Shown here: positions 44,505 to 53,452 of the stretch, in pieces | Position numbering within the stretch: position 1 is the first letter of the stretch | Layout: each line of letters opens with the position of its first letter | NCBI GenBank assembly: GCA_039649305.1 | Contig: JBBWZW010000106.1 | Span: forward strand, 1 to 53,452 | Length of the DNA: 53,452 nucleotides | Source of the DNA: Burkholderiales bacterium | Lineage (GTDB): Bacteria > Pseudomonadota > Gammaproteobacteria > Burkholderiales > Burkholderiaceae_D | Direction of reading: 5' to 3' | The notes under the pieces: generated by a model | The model's input: the letters and a program-made list of their open reading frames with translations, nothing else | What the model was told of the DNA's origin: nothing | Database searches by the model: none | Made by a program: the position numbers and the translations under genes

Positions 44505-44546
44505 AAAAATGCCCGTTGTGTGACGCGGTGTCACGCAACGGGCATT
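44505..44546 (-). terminator. Intrinsic terminator of the histone H1-like gene
   Basis: Minus strand AATGCCCGTTGCGTGAC-ACCGC-GTCACACAACGGGCATT followed by further T residues. Confidence 0.75.
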
Positions 44547-44585
44547 GTGCCTGAACTTAATCAGGCAACCAAGCGAGCTTGGCTA

Positions 44586-45173
44586 TTACGGACGTGTGCC
44601 GGTCGGAAACGGCCAGGCCGCTGCCGGGTTCAACACTGTCTTCACAGCAGGAGCAGCGGCTGGCTTAGCTGCCGGCTTTTTTGCAGCGGCTTTCTTAGGA
44701 GCGGCAGCTTTCTTAGGAGCGGCTGCTTTTTTGGCGGCTGGCTTTTTTGCAGCTGCTTTTTTAGCGGCCGGCTTTTTGGCTGCTGCCTTTTTAGGAGCGG
44801 CTTTTTTAGCGGCTGCTTTTTTAGGAGCGGCCTTTTTAGCGGCTGCTTTTTTAGGAGCGGCCTTTTTAGCTGCTGCTTTTTTAGGAGCGGCTTTCTTGGC
44901 TACGGTCTTCTTGGCAGCTGCTTTTTTAGGAGCGGCTTTTTTAGCGGCTGCTTTTTTAGGAGCTGCTGCTTTCTTAGCTACTGTCTTCTTCGCTGCTGCT
45001 TTCTTAGCTACCGGCTTCTTCGCTGCTGCTTTTTTAGCTACCGGCTTCTTCGCTGCTGCTTTTTTAGGAGCTGCTGCTTTCTTAGCTACCGGCTTCTTGG
45101 AAGCGGCTTTCTTGGCGGCCGGCTTCTTCGCCGGGGCTTTCTTTGCTGCTGTTTTCTTCGCGGCTGTTGCCAT
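44586..45173 (-). CDS. Histone H1-like Lys/Ala/Pro-rich DNA-binding protein
   Basis: MATAAKK start after AAGGAGA SD; almost entirely KKAAAKK/KKP(V/A)AKK/AAPKK repeats; tail [14 protein letters not shown]. Confidence 0.9.
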   Translation of the reverse strand: MATAAKKTAAKKAPAKKPAAKKAASKKPVAKKAAAPKKAAAKKPVAKKAAAKKPVAKKAAAKKTVAKKAAAPKKAAAKKAAPKKAAAKKTVAKKAAPKKAAAKKAAPKKAAAKKAAPKKAAAKKAAPKKAAAKKPAAKKAAAKKPAAKKAAAPKKAAAPKKAAAKKPAAKPAAAPAVKTVLNPAAAWPFPTGTRP

Positions 45174-45441
45174 TTGTTTCTCCTTCACGTGATGGAAAAA
45201 ATCAAACTACGAGGTTGGAAACCCTCCCGGCCCATCGCGATGGTCCAGGCGGATTATTCATCGGCACAAGCAAGCTACTGTTTGCGCTAATGAATTTGGC
45301 ACCAGCTGAACTGCTGCATCCCCTCATTGATGCAGCACTTCAGCCTCTTTTGGCTACGCCTCTCTTTTCGCAAACACTGTCACACGACAGTGGCGGAGGT
45401 CCTTGCAGCGTCGCTTAATGAGCGCGGCTGCAGCCGTAGCC

Positions 45442-45470
45442 AAAAAAAACGCCGACAACAATGCCGGCGT
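45442..45470 (-). terminator. Intrinsic terminator downstream of nrdB
   Basis: Minus-strand RNA ACGCCGGCA-UUGU-UGUCGGCGU plus a U7 tail; its one non-Watson-Crick pair is G-U on this strand. Confidence 0.8.
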
Positions 45471-45717
45471 GGGAATACTCTTTCGGAAAAACCAACAGGT
45501 TTTTCAGGGAAAAAGCCGCCTCGCCCGACACAGTCAGGTTCAGCGGCAGAATCACAGAAGATCGATTCTTTCGTCTACTGTCCATCAAATTTGGTTAGAG
45601 CCTTTCAATTTTGCAGTCTTCCGTCATTCCGTCTTATCGTTTTCGATCTGGCGACTGCAATCTGTCTCACCACCGGATGGACCTCGCATTCTCGATACGA
45701 GGTCCCTACTTCTTGTT

Positions 45718-46908
45718 TTATTCCCAGTTCAGCGCGCCACCGGTCTGATATTCGATCACACGCGTCTCGAAGAAGTTACGTTCCTTCTTCAGATCGATCA
45801 TCTCGCTCATCCACGGGAAAGGATTTTCTTCCTGCGGGAACATCGGATCGAGACCGATCTGTTGTGCTCGACGATTTGCGATGAAGCGAAGGTACCCTTT
45901 AAACATCGTCGCATTCAAACCAAGCACTCCACGCGGCATTGTATCCTCAGCGTAGCGATATTCCAACTCTACTGCTCGTAAAAACAACGCTTTGATCTCT
46001 TCGCGGAACTCTGGAGTCCAAAGATGCGGGTTCTCCATCTTGATCGTGTTGATCAGATCGATCCCGAAATTGCAGTGCATCGACTCGTCGCGCAGGATGT
46101 ATTGATACTGTTCCGCCGCACCCATCATTTTGTTCTGACGGCCGAGAGCGAGGATCTGCGTGAAGCCGACATAGAAGAACAGGCCTTCCATCAGGCATGC
46201 GAACACGATCAGCGAGCGCAGCAATGTCTGGTCAGCTTCGACAGTGCCGGTCTTGAAGTTCGGGTTGGTCAGCACGTCGATGAACGGGATCAGGAACTGA
46301 TCCTTGTCGCGGATAGAGTCAATTTCGTTATACGCGTTGAAGATCTCGCTCTCATCGAGGCCGAGCGATTCGACGATGTACTGATAGGCATGAGTATGGA
46401 TCGCCTCTTCAAACGCCTGGCGCAACAGGTACTGGCGGCATTCCGGCGCCGTGATATGGCGGTAGGTGCCGAGCACGATATTGTTGGCCGCCAACGAATC
46501 GGCGGTCACGAAGAATCCCAGGTTACGCTTGACCAGGCGGCGCTCGTCTTCAGTCAGGCCATTCGGGTTCTTCCACAGCTCGATGTCGCGCTGCATGTTG
46601 ATCTCTTGCGGCATCCAGTGATTGGCGCAGCCGGCCAGGTATTTATCCCAGGCCCATTTGTATTTGAACGGGACCAGCTGGTTCACGTCGGTCTGGCCGT
46701 TGATGATGCGCTTGTCGGCGGCATTCACCCGGCGTTCAGTGACTTCGCCTGTAGCGGCCGGCTTGGTGACCAGGGCCGGATGTAATGCCACATCGCTGAA
46801 GCCTGTGTTCATCGGTCGCGCTGATGATGGCGTTACCGATGCCAGCCCCGGATGTGAAACCGGAGCGGGTTTTACGGCAGGTTTTTGTTCGTCGTCCCAA
46901 CTTAACAT
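45718..46908 (-). CDS. nrdB: Class I ribonucleotide reductase beta subunit
   Basis: [17 protein letters not shown] (radical Tyr present), MEGLFFY.GF, RDESMH and NFFETRV.EY. Confidence 0.97.
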   Translation of the reverse strand: MLSWDDEQKPAVKPAPVSHPGLASVTPSSARPMNTGFSDVALHPALVTKPAATGEVTERRVNAADKRIINGQTDVNQLVPFKYKWAWDKYLAGCANHWMPQEINMQRDIELWKNPNGLTEDERRLVKRNLGFFVTADSLAANNIVLGTYRHITAPECRQYLLRQAFEEAIHTHAYQYIVESLGLDESEIFNAYNEIDSIRDKDQFLIPFIDVLTNPNFKTGTVEADQTLLRSLIVFACLMEGLFFYVGFTQILALGRQNKMMGAAEQYQYILRDESMHCNFGIDLINTIKMENPHLWTPEFREEIKALFLRAVELEYRYAEDTMPRGVLGLNATMFKGYLRFIANRRAQQIGLDPMFPQEENPFPWMSEMIDLKKERNFFETRVIEYQTGGALNWE

Positions 46909-47002
46909 ATCTTGATCGTCCTTACGGGTATTGTAGTAGCACTTACGTTATCTGCAAGTAAGCGCAGTAATGTTTACTGCGCTATGTCACACGCGATAAC
47001 GT

Positions 47003-49921
47003 TCACTGGCAAGCTTCGCACTCTTCAAAGCCGGGATCACCCGGGCGCATCATGCATGCAGGTCCTGCCAAATCATCGGCTGCGGCCGCTACCGGTGCTG
47101 CCGGCGCAGCGTGGCCGACGTTGCCCTGACTTCCGTCCGCCGATACTGCGTTGAGAGCGCCGGCCTTGGTGGTCGATTTCTCCGCATGGGTGGCGCCGAT
47201 CGTGCGCAGGTAATACGTGGTCTTCAAACCACGCAGCCAGGCCAGCTTGTAGGTTTCGTCGAGCTTCTTGCCGGAAGCGCCGGACATGTAAATGTTCAGC
47301 GACTGCGCCTGGTCGATCCATTTCTGACGACGTGATGCGGCTTCCACCAGCCATTTCGGCTCGACTTCGAACGCGGTTGCGTAGATGTCACGCAGGTCTT
47401 GCGGAATGCGGTCGATCTTGGCCAGGCTGCCGTCAAAGTACTTCAGGTCGGCGATCATCACTTCATCCCACATGCCGCGCGCCTTCAGGTCGCGCACCAG
47501 GTGTGCGTTGATCTCCGTAAATTCTCCGGACAAGTTCGACTTCACATACAGGTTCTGGTAAGTCGGCTCGATACATGCCGAGACGTCGATGATGTTGGAA
47601 ATCGTCGCGGTCGGCGCGATTGCCACACAGTTCGAGTTCCGCATGCCGTGTTCCTTGATGCGGGCACGCAGCGCGGTCCAGTCCATCGACTCGGAAGTAT
47701 CCACTTCCAGATAGCCGCCACGCTCTTTCGCCAGCAGCTTCAGGGAGTCCTGCGGCAGGATGCCACGATCCCATAGCGAACCGCGGTAGGAGCTGTAACG
47801 GCCGCGCTCTTCCGCCAGTTCGGACGACGCCCAGTAGGCGTAATAGCAGACGGCTTCCATCGAACGGTCGGCGAATTCCACCGCATCCATCGACGCATAC
47901 GGTACGCGCATCATGTGCAGGCAGTCCTGGAATCCCATGATGCCCATGCCGACCGGACGGTGGCGCAGGTTGGAATCGCGTGCTTTCTTGACCGCGTAGT
48001 AATTGATGTCGATAACGTTATCGAGCATGCGCATTGCCGTACGGATTGTCTTTTGCAGCTTGACGTGGTCCAGCTTGCCGTCTTTCATATGGGCCGGCAT
48101 GTTGACCGATCCGAGGTTGCAGACCGCGATTTCGGATTCGTTGGTGTTCAGCGTGATCTCGGTGCACAGGTTGGAGCTGTGGACGACGCCGACGTGCTGT
48201 TGCGGCGAACGGATGTTGCACGGATCCTTGAATGTGATCCATGGGTGGCCGGTTTCGAACAGCATCGACAGCATCTTGCGCCACAAGTCGAGCGCCTGCA
48301 CCTTTTTGAACAGCTTCAGTTCGCCGCGGGCGGCCTTCGCTTCATAGCCGAGGTACGCTTCTTCAAACGCGCGGCCGTACTTGTCATGCAGGTCCGGAGC
48401 ATCGGACGGCGAGAACAGGGTCCACTCGCCTTTTTCCATCACGCGCTTCATGAACATGTCCGGAATCCAGTTCGCGGTGTTCATGTCATGCGTGCGGCGG
48501 CGGTCGTCGCCGGTATTCTTGCGCAGGTCGAGGAATTCCTCGATATCCATGTGCCAGGTTTCCAGGTAGGCACAGACTGCGCCCTTGCGTTTGCCGCCCT
48601 GGTTAACAGCGACGGCAGTGTCATTCACCACTTTCAGGAACGGAACCACGCCCTGCGATTTGCCGTTGGTGCCTTTGATATGCGCGCCGAGCGAGCGGAC
48701 CGGGGTCCAGTCGTTGCCCAGGCCGCCGGCGTATTTGGCCAGCAGCGCGTTTTCCTTGATCGCTTCGTAAATGCCGTCCAGATCGTCGGCCACGGTCGTC
48801 AGGTAGCAGGACGACAGTTGGGAACGCAGGGTGCCGGAGTTGAACAGGGTCGGCGTCGAGCTCATGAAATCGAAGGACGACAACAGGTTGTAGAACTCGA
48901 TTGCGCGCTCTTCGCGGTTGATTTCATTCAGGGCCAGGCCCATCGCCACGCGCATATAGAATGCCTGCGGCATTTCAATGCGGGTACCCTCAATGTGCAG
49001 GAAGTAGCGGTCATACAGCGTCTGCAGGCCGAGGTAGCCGAATTGCAGGTCGCGATCCGCCGTCAGCGCTTCAGCCAGTTTTTTCAGGTCGAATTGCGCG
49101 AGCTTGGAATCGAGCAGTTCAGCCTCGATGCCCTTCTTGATAAATTTCGGAAAGTAGTCAATATAGTGGGCCTGCGCGTCGGCTTGCAAAACTTCCTCGC
49201 CGAACACTTCCTTGCGGATCGTGTGCATCAACAGGCGCGCGGTCACTCTGCCGTACGCCGGGTCTTTCTCCATCAGCGCGCGGGCAGCCAGGATTTCGGA
49301 CTTGTGCAGTTCCTCGACCGGCACACCGTCGTACAGATTCTTTACGGTTTCAGCCAGGATGGCGTCGGCATCCACATGCTTTTCCAGCCCGATACAGGCG
49401 GAAGCGATCAGATTGCGCACCTGGTTCAGGTCGAGCAGCCGGCGCTGGCCGTTTTCGGTGACATGCAATTGCGGCGCATCGGGAGCGGTCTTCGATTGCT
49501 GTTGCGCACGCTCTTCCATGCGCTTGGCGCGATACAGCACATAGGCGCGCGCGACATCGTGCTCGCCCGAGCGCATCAATGCCAGTTCAACCTGGTCCTG
49601 GATATCTTCGATATGGAACGTGCCGCCGCCCGGTTGACGACGCACCAATGCCGACACGACGCTGGAGGTCAACTGTTCAACCAGTTCGCGTACGCGGGCG
49701 GACGCTGCGCCCTGTCCGCCGTTCACTGCGAGGAAGGCTTTGGTGACCGCGATCGAAATCTTGGATGGCTCGAATCCGACTACCCCGCCGTTGCGGCGGA
49801 TGATCTTGTAGTCGCCGAGACCGGCCGATAAAGTTGCTGCGGTTGAGGAGGCGCCATTCGACGCAGGGACCAGACCGAATTCGTTGGTGGATTTGACAGA
49901 AATTTCTTGAGTAGAGTGCAT
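47003..49921 (-). CDS. nrdA: Class I ribonucleotide reductase alpha subunit with two N-terminal ATP-cone-like regions
   Basis: STPTLFNSG, SSCY, SSNLCTEI, CNLGS, APTATIS, KTTYYLR and C-terminal CEACQ; AGGAGG SD. Confidence 0.98.
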   Translation of the reverse strand: MHSTQEISVKSTNEFGLVPASNGASSTAATLSAGLGDYKIIRRNGGVVGFEPSKISIAVTKAFLAVNGGQGAASARVRELVEQLTSSVVSALVRRQPGGGTFHIEDIQDQVELALMRSGEHDVARAYVLYRAKRMEERAQQQSKTAPDAPQLHVTENGQRRLLDLNQVRNLIASACIGLEKHVDADAILAETVKNLYDGVPVEELHKSEILAARALMEKDPAYGRVTARLLMHTIRKEVFGEEVLQADAQAHYIDYFPKFIKKGIEAELLDSKLAQFDLKKLAEALTADRDLQFGYLGLQTLYDRYFLHIEGTRIEMPQAFYMRVAMGLALNEINREERAIEFYNLLSSFDFMSSTPTLFNSGTLRSQLSSCYLTTVADDLDGIYEAIKENALLAKYAGGLGNDWTPVRSLGAHIKGTNGKSQGVVPFLKVVNDTAVAVNQGGKRKGAVCAYLETWHMDIEEFLDLRKNTGDDRRRTHDMNTANWIPDMFMKRVMEKGEWTLFSPSDAPDLHDKYGRAFEEAYLGYEAKAARGELKLFKKVQALDLWRKMLSMLFETGHPWITFKDPCNIRSPQQHVGVVHSSNLCTEITLNTNESEIAVCNLGSVNMPAHMKDGKLDHVKLQKTIRTAMRMLDNVIDINYYAVKKARDSNLRHRPVGMGIMGFQDCLHMMRVPYASMDAVEFADRSMEAVCYYAYWASSELAEERGRYSSYRGSLWDRGILPQDSLKLLAKERGGYLEVDTSESMDWTALRARIKEHGMRNSNCVAIAPTATISNIIDVSACIEPTYQNLYVKSNLSGEFTEINAHLVRDLKARGMWDEVMIADLKYFDGSLAKIDRIPQDLRDIYATAFEVEPKWLVEAASRRQKWIDQAQSLNIYMSGASGKKLDETYKLAWLRGLKTTYYLRTIGATHAEKSTTKAGALNAVSADGSQGNVGHAAPAAPVAAAADDLAGPACMMRPGDPGFEECEACQ

Positions 49922-50174
49922 CTAGCCTCCTGGGACCGTGTTGTTGACAGCATTGCAGCTGTTTTAATCTGGTTGTTGATCAGAACCCCGGATTTCACCG
50001 GAGTTCACGCAGACATCCACATTGTGCTTGCGCTTACGTGATCGTCGCTGCCCGCCCTGAGCAATACGCCGCACTGTTCATTTCAAAAGGACGAGCTGTT
50101 CGCAATATCAGCCGACACGCGGCAGATTTGCCGCAATGTGGTTACTTCCCGAACAGCTCCATCTGGTGAACCGC

Positions 50175-50221
50175 ACACTAGATATAGTGGTTAGTGGCGC
50201 GATTTGCACTAATTCTAGTAC
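50175..50221. promoter_or_regulatory. Tandem NrdR boxes upstream of nrdAB
   Basis: ACACTAGATATAGTGG (50175-50190) fits acaCwAtATaTwGtgt; a weaker GCACTAATTCTAGTAC (50206-50221) starts 31 bp later. Confidence 0.85.
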
Positions 50222-50282
50222 CGCGCTGACGAGTACGCAATATTTTTTTTGAACAAAAGTGATGCCTGAGTGATTGACTTTT

Positions 50283-50897
50283 TCAAGCGATGGAGGGAAA
50301 GCGCAGTGGGCGTGAGGGCTGGGCAGCGGTCTGCGGATGTTGCAAAGACTTCTGGTAACGTGCCCAGTCGAAGTGCGGACCAGGGTCGGTTTTGCGTCCG
50401 GGCGCAATGTGCTCATGTCCGGCCACATCGGTGAGTGGATAGCGCGCTTGCAGCGCATGGGTGAGCTCGACCAACCTGTCATATTGAATCGCTTCGAAGG
50501 CTGCGAAGTCGGTGCCTTCAAGCTCGATGCCGATTGAAAAATCATTGCATCGTTCGCGACCGCAAAACGTGGAGAGGCCGGCATGCCATGCGCGGTCATT
50601 GGCCGACACGAACTGCATCACGACGCCGTCGCGCCGGATCAGGAAATGGGCGGAGACGCGCAAATTGCGCAACTGGTCGAAATAAGGGTGGGCCTCGCAA
50701 TCGAGCCGGTTGCCAAACAGATCGGCAATATACGAACCGCCAAACCGGCCGGGAGGCAGGCTGATATTGTGGATGACGAGCAGGTCGATGTTCGTACCCG
50801 CGGCGCGCACATCGGAGTTTGGCGACGTCTCACGCAGCACATTGCCGCACCACCCATCATCGCCTACAGGGAATCGACTCACTCGCCCCCCAATCAT
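50283..50897 (-). CDS. ampD: 1,6-anhydro-N-acetylmuramyl-L-alanine amidase
   Basis: VIHNISLPPG.FG, VSAHFLIRRDG, RAWHAG.S, CNDFSIGIELEG and GHEHIAPGRKTDPG. Confidence 0.96.
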   Translation of the reverse strand: MIGGRVSRFPVGDDGWCGNVLRETSPNSDVRAAGTNIDLLVIHNISLPPGRFGGSYIADLFGNRLDCEAHPYFDQLRNLRVSAHFLIRRDGVVMQFVSANDRAWHAGLSTFCGRERCNDFSIGIELEGTDFAAFEAIQYDRLVELTHALQARYPLTDVAGHEHIAPGRKTDPGPHFDWARYQKSLQHPQTAAQPSRPLRFPSIA

Positions 50898-52339
50898 TCC
50901 GGTTCCAGGATGGAGAGTCGTTGCATGCGGTAACGCAGCTGGCGTGCGCTGATGCCCAGCAGTTCCGCCGCCTGGCCCCGGTCGAAACCCGCCCTTGCCA
51001 GCGCCTGCCGGATGATTTCGCGCTCAACATTGTCGAGATGGCCAGGCAGCGCACTGGGCGACGCCTTGTCGGAGAGGGAAGGCTGTGGCGCAGGTGCCGG
51101 CACCGGAGTTTGCGCAACCGGCATTTCTGCGCTGGCGGGGCTTGTAGCCTCATGCGCCGGACGGCCGGGATCGCCCGGCGCCCCAACAGGTCTCAGCGCC
51201 AGGTCGGCAACCTCGATCACGCCGTCATTGGCGAATGCCAGCGCGCGTTCCAGTATGTTTTCGAGCTCGCGCACATTGCCCGGAAAAGCATAGGAGCGCA
51301 ATGCATGCAACGCGCCGGCGGAGAGAGTCGCACGTGTTCCCGGCGATGCGAGCCGCTGCAGTATCGCCTCGGCCAGCAGGCCGATGTCATCCAGGCGTTC
51401 CCGCAATGGCGGCAGGCGCAATTCGATTACATTCAACCGGTAATATAAATCCTGGCGGAACTTCCCTTTTTCGACCCACTCGGCCAGGTTCTGATGCGTG
51501 GCACTGATCAGGCGGACGTCCACCGGTTCTTCGACGGTGGCGCCAACTTTGCGCACCCTGCGCTCCTGGATTGCACGCAGCAACTTCACTTGCATGGGTA
51601 GCGGCAGGTCGGCAACCTCGTCCAGCATCAGTGTGCCGCCGTTTGCGGCCTGGAAGAATCCGTCGCGATCATCCGTGGCGCCGGTGAACGCGCCTTTGCG
51701 ATAACCGAAGAATTCAGCTTCCATCAGCGCTTCGGGGATGGCGCCGCAATTCACAGCGACGAAAGGCTTGTCGGCGCGCGCGCCATGCGCATGGATGTCG
51801 CGCGCGGCGAGTTCCTTGCCGCTGCCGGACTCGCCGGCAATCGCGACCGGTGCCATGCTTCGGGCCAAGCGCGCGATCTGCGCGCGCAGGTCCTGCATGA
51901 TGGCGGATTGCCCCATCAGGCGCGACGCAAGCACAGCCGACTGCCCGCCGGCGGGAACCGTCCCGGCCACGGCCTTGGTGCGCAGTGCCGACTGCACCAG
52001 CAGGCGAAGTTCATCGAGGCCCACCGGCTTGGAAAGATAATCGAAGGCACCTGCCTTAAGCGCGGCGACCGCGTTGTCGGCGCTGCCGAAAGCAGTGATC
52101 ACCGCGACCGGGGTGTTCTTGTAACCGGCCGAGATCTCCCTGACCAGGTCGATGCCCAAGCCATCAGGCAGCCGCATATCGGTCAACACCAATGCGTATT
52201 CGGCCTGCGCCAGATGCTTGCGTGCCGCTTCAAGACTTGCGGCACTGTCAACATCCAGTCCCATTTTGACGAGCGTAATTTCCAGCAGCTCGCGCAGATC
52301 GGCTTCATCATCAACAACCAGGATACGGGGTGAAGTCAT
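50894..52339 (-). CDS. pilR: Sigma54-dependent response regulator PilR
   Basis: REC (TDMRLPDG), GESGSGKE, GAFTGA, FRQDLYYRLNV, PGNVRELEN and Fis-type HTH; downstream of a PilS-like kinase. Confidence 0.88.
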   Translation of the reverse strand: MTSPRILVVDDEADLRELLEITLVKMGLDVDSAASLEAARKHLAQAEYALVLTDMRLPDGLGIDLVREISAGYKNTPVAVITAFGSADNAVAALKAGAFDYLSKPVGLDELRLLVQSALRTKAVAGTVPAGGQSAVLASRLMGQSAIMQDLRAQIARLARSMAPVAIAGESGSGKELAARDIHAHGARADKPFVAVNCGAIPEALMEAEFFGYRKGAFTGATDDRDGFFQAANGGTLMLDEVADLPLPMQVKLLRAIQERRVRKVGATVEEPVDVRLISATHQNLAEWVEKGKFRQDLYYRLNVIELRLPPLRERLDDIGLLAEAILQRLASPGTRATLSAGALHALRSYAFPGNVRELENILERALAFANDGVIEVADLALRPVGAPGDPGRPAHEATSPASAEMPVAQTPVPAPAPQPSLSDKASPSALPGHLDNVEREIIRQALARAGFDRGQAAELLGISARQLRYRMQRLSILEPE

Positions 52340-52376
52340 ACTGTTAATCTCGTTGTTTCAGCCAGGCGCCCCGGGA

Positions 52377-53452
52377 TCAAACCCATTCTGGCGCCGCAAA
52401 TGTAATCACGAACCTGCCTCTCGGCTCACCCGGCACTTCATGCAAAGCGTCGAGACGATATTCGTAGTCGAGCATCGCCCCGTTATTCAAACACAATTCG
52501 CGGGCGACGTAGAGCCCCAGTCCGGTGCCTTTGCTGGATGTCGTATAAAACGGCTCGAACAAATGCGCACGGACCGCCGGCGTGATCGGCGGGCCGTCAT
52601 CCTGCACATGAAGTTCCAGGCGTCCGCCTGTATCGAGCAACAGGTGCATGCGAATGCTACCGATGCGGCCGCTTGCATAGCGCAACGCATTCGATAGCAA
52701 GTTCACAACGACTTCGCGCAGATGCAGCGGATCGAACCTCACCCGGAACGACGCCATATCACCGGCCTCGATATAGTCCGGGCCCAGGGCATGCGACTCG
52801 TGGAACTCGGCCAGCAACTCGGCAAAAAACGGCGCCAACTCGAGGGGCTCTTTCGACGACTGCGCCTTGCGCGACAACCTGAGGATATCCTCAATCATCC
52901 GGTTAAGCCGCGTTACATTGTCCCCTATGATGGTCAACAGGCGGGAGTGCACCGGGTTGGCGATGTCTTCCGCCAGCAGGGAGGCGGCATGCGAAATGGC
53001 GGACAGGGGATTGCGCACTTCATGCGCGATGCTCGCGGTCAGCCGGCCCATCGACGCCAGCTTCAGTTGCTGCGCCTGGTTCTCGATTTCGGTGACGTCC
53101 TGCAGGAAAATAACCGCCCGCTCCTCGCTCAACCCGGCACTCTCGACCGTCTTGAAGCGCAGTTTCAGGTGCGCGACCGACTCACGGCGCAACTCGCGGC
53201 TGACCGTCGTCCCCTGTAACGCCACGATATCGTCTCCGGGCTTGACGATCACGAACGTGGTCGACCCGGATTCCGTCGATGCCTCGTCGGCGGACCGCGC
53301 GGTCCAGCTGAAGAATCCATCCGCAATCGGACCCAGGGATGGCAGGTCGGTCAGCCCGAAGCGCGGCTGGCCATACGGCACCGACAAGCCGAGCATGCGT
53401 TCGACCGCCGGATTGCCGGCAAATACGCTGCCGTCCTTACCAACCACCAGAA
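52377..53452 (-). CDS. pilS: Sensor histidine kinase PilS (3' part; 5' end lies beyond the window)
   Basis: QQLKLASMGRLTASIAHEVRNPLSAISHA H-box, NLLSNA, DDGP and FEPFYTT..KGTGLGLY.ARELC. Confidence 0.88.
   Translation of the reverse strand, partial: LVVGKDGSVFAGNPAVERMLGLSVPYGQPRFGLTDLPSLGPIADGFFSWTARSADEASTESGSTTFVIVKPGDDIVALQGTTVSRELRRESVAHLKLRFKTVESAGLSEERAVIFLQDVTEIENQAQQLKLASMGRLTASIAHEVRNPLSAISHAASLLAEDIANPVHSRLLTIIGDNVTRLNRMIEDILRLSRKAQSSKEPLELAPFFAELLAEFHESHALGPDYIEAGDMASFRVRFDPLHLREVVVNLLSNALRYASGRIGSIRMHLLLDTGGRLELHVQDDGPPITPAVRAHLFEPFYTTSSKGTGLGLYVARELCLNNGAMLDYEYRLDALHEVPGEPRGRFVITFAAPEWV

Noticed and set aside
44640-45170. Short regular repeats that could be mistaken for a CRISPR array
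   Set aside because: There are no unique spacers or cas genes, and the periodicity follows the codons.
44520-45290. Plus-strand ORFs 44520..45290 and 44545..45192 rich in Phe/Ala/Leu/Cys repeats
   Set aside because: They are antisense shadows of the Lys/Ala repeat gene, which has the SD, conserved tail and terminator.
46961-46983. nrdA-nrdB intergenic hairpin sharing GCGCAGTAA with the 41839 element and with about 8036
   Set aside because: A 9-10 nt match is too short to support a repeat family; it is likely an ordinary intercistronic hairpin.
47915-49831. Long antisense ORFs (638 aa opposite nrdA; similar ones opposite manC, pilJ, chpA, mpl and accC)
   Set aside because: These are expected from GC-rich codon bias, show no recognisable motifs and fully overlap well-supported genes.
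49922-50170. Cobalamin riboswitch upstream of nrdA
   Set aside because: I could not find the B12-box and associated conserved motifs in the right order.

Overview
Chromosomal backbone of a betaproteobacterium; gene content and order suggest Burkholderiales, probably Oxalobacteraceae (inference, no search run). From left to right: the 5' end of a phosphomannomutase, an H-NS gene and a GDP-D-rhamnose surface-polysaccharide cluster (manC, gmd, rmd, two GT4 transferases, WecA/WbpL-like initiator); apaH; algH/yqgE-yqgF-pyrR-pyrB-pyrC'-plsC; a CPD photolyase; the type IV pilus chemosensory operon pilGHIJ-chpA; rubredoxin, a ThiD-like kinase and hemL; corA; mpl-yqiA-ubiC-RNase II-tonB-aroE-mtgA; an NTase-like gene, tlpA, aroQ, accBC, prmA, a DUF3426 zinc-ribbon gene, a PfkB kinase and a glycine-zipper lipoprotein; yggT-yggU; a histone H1-like repeat protein; nrdAB with tandem NrdR boxes; and pilS(partial)-pilR-ampD. 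I saw no rRNA, tRNA, CRISPR array, transposase or prophage gene, and no clearly new multi-gene system. The most interesting signals are small or non-coding: (1) an unannotated 18-codon TTG-start leader ORF with its own sigma70 promoter ahead of corA, resembling enterobacterial corL/ysgD; (2) a 119-bp TAA-flanked inverted-repeat element whose outer-stem mismatches are mostly G-U wobbles; (3) a heavily structured spacer between nrdB and the histone-like gene; (4) several enzymes with degenerate catalytic motifs.
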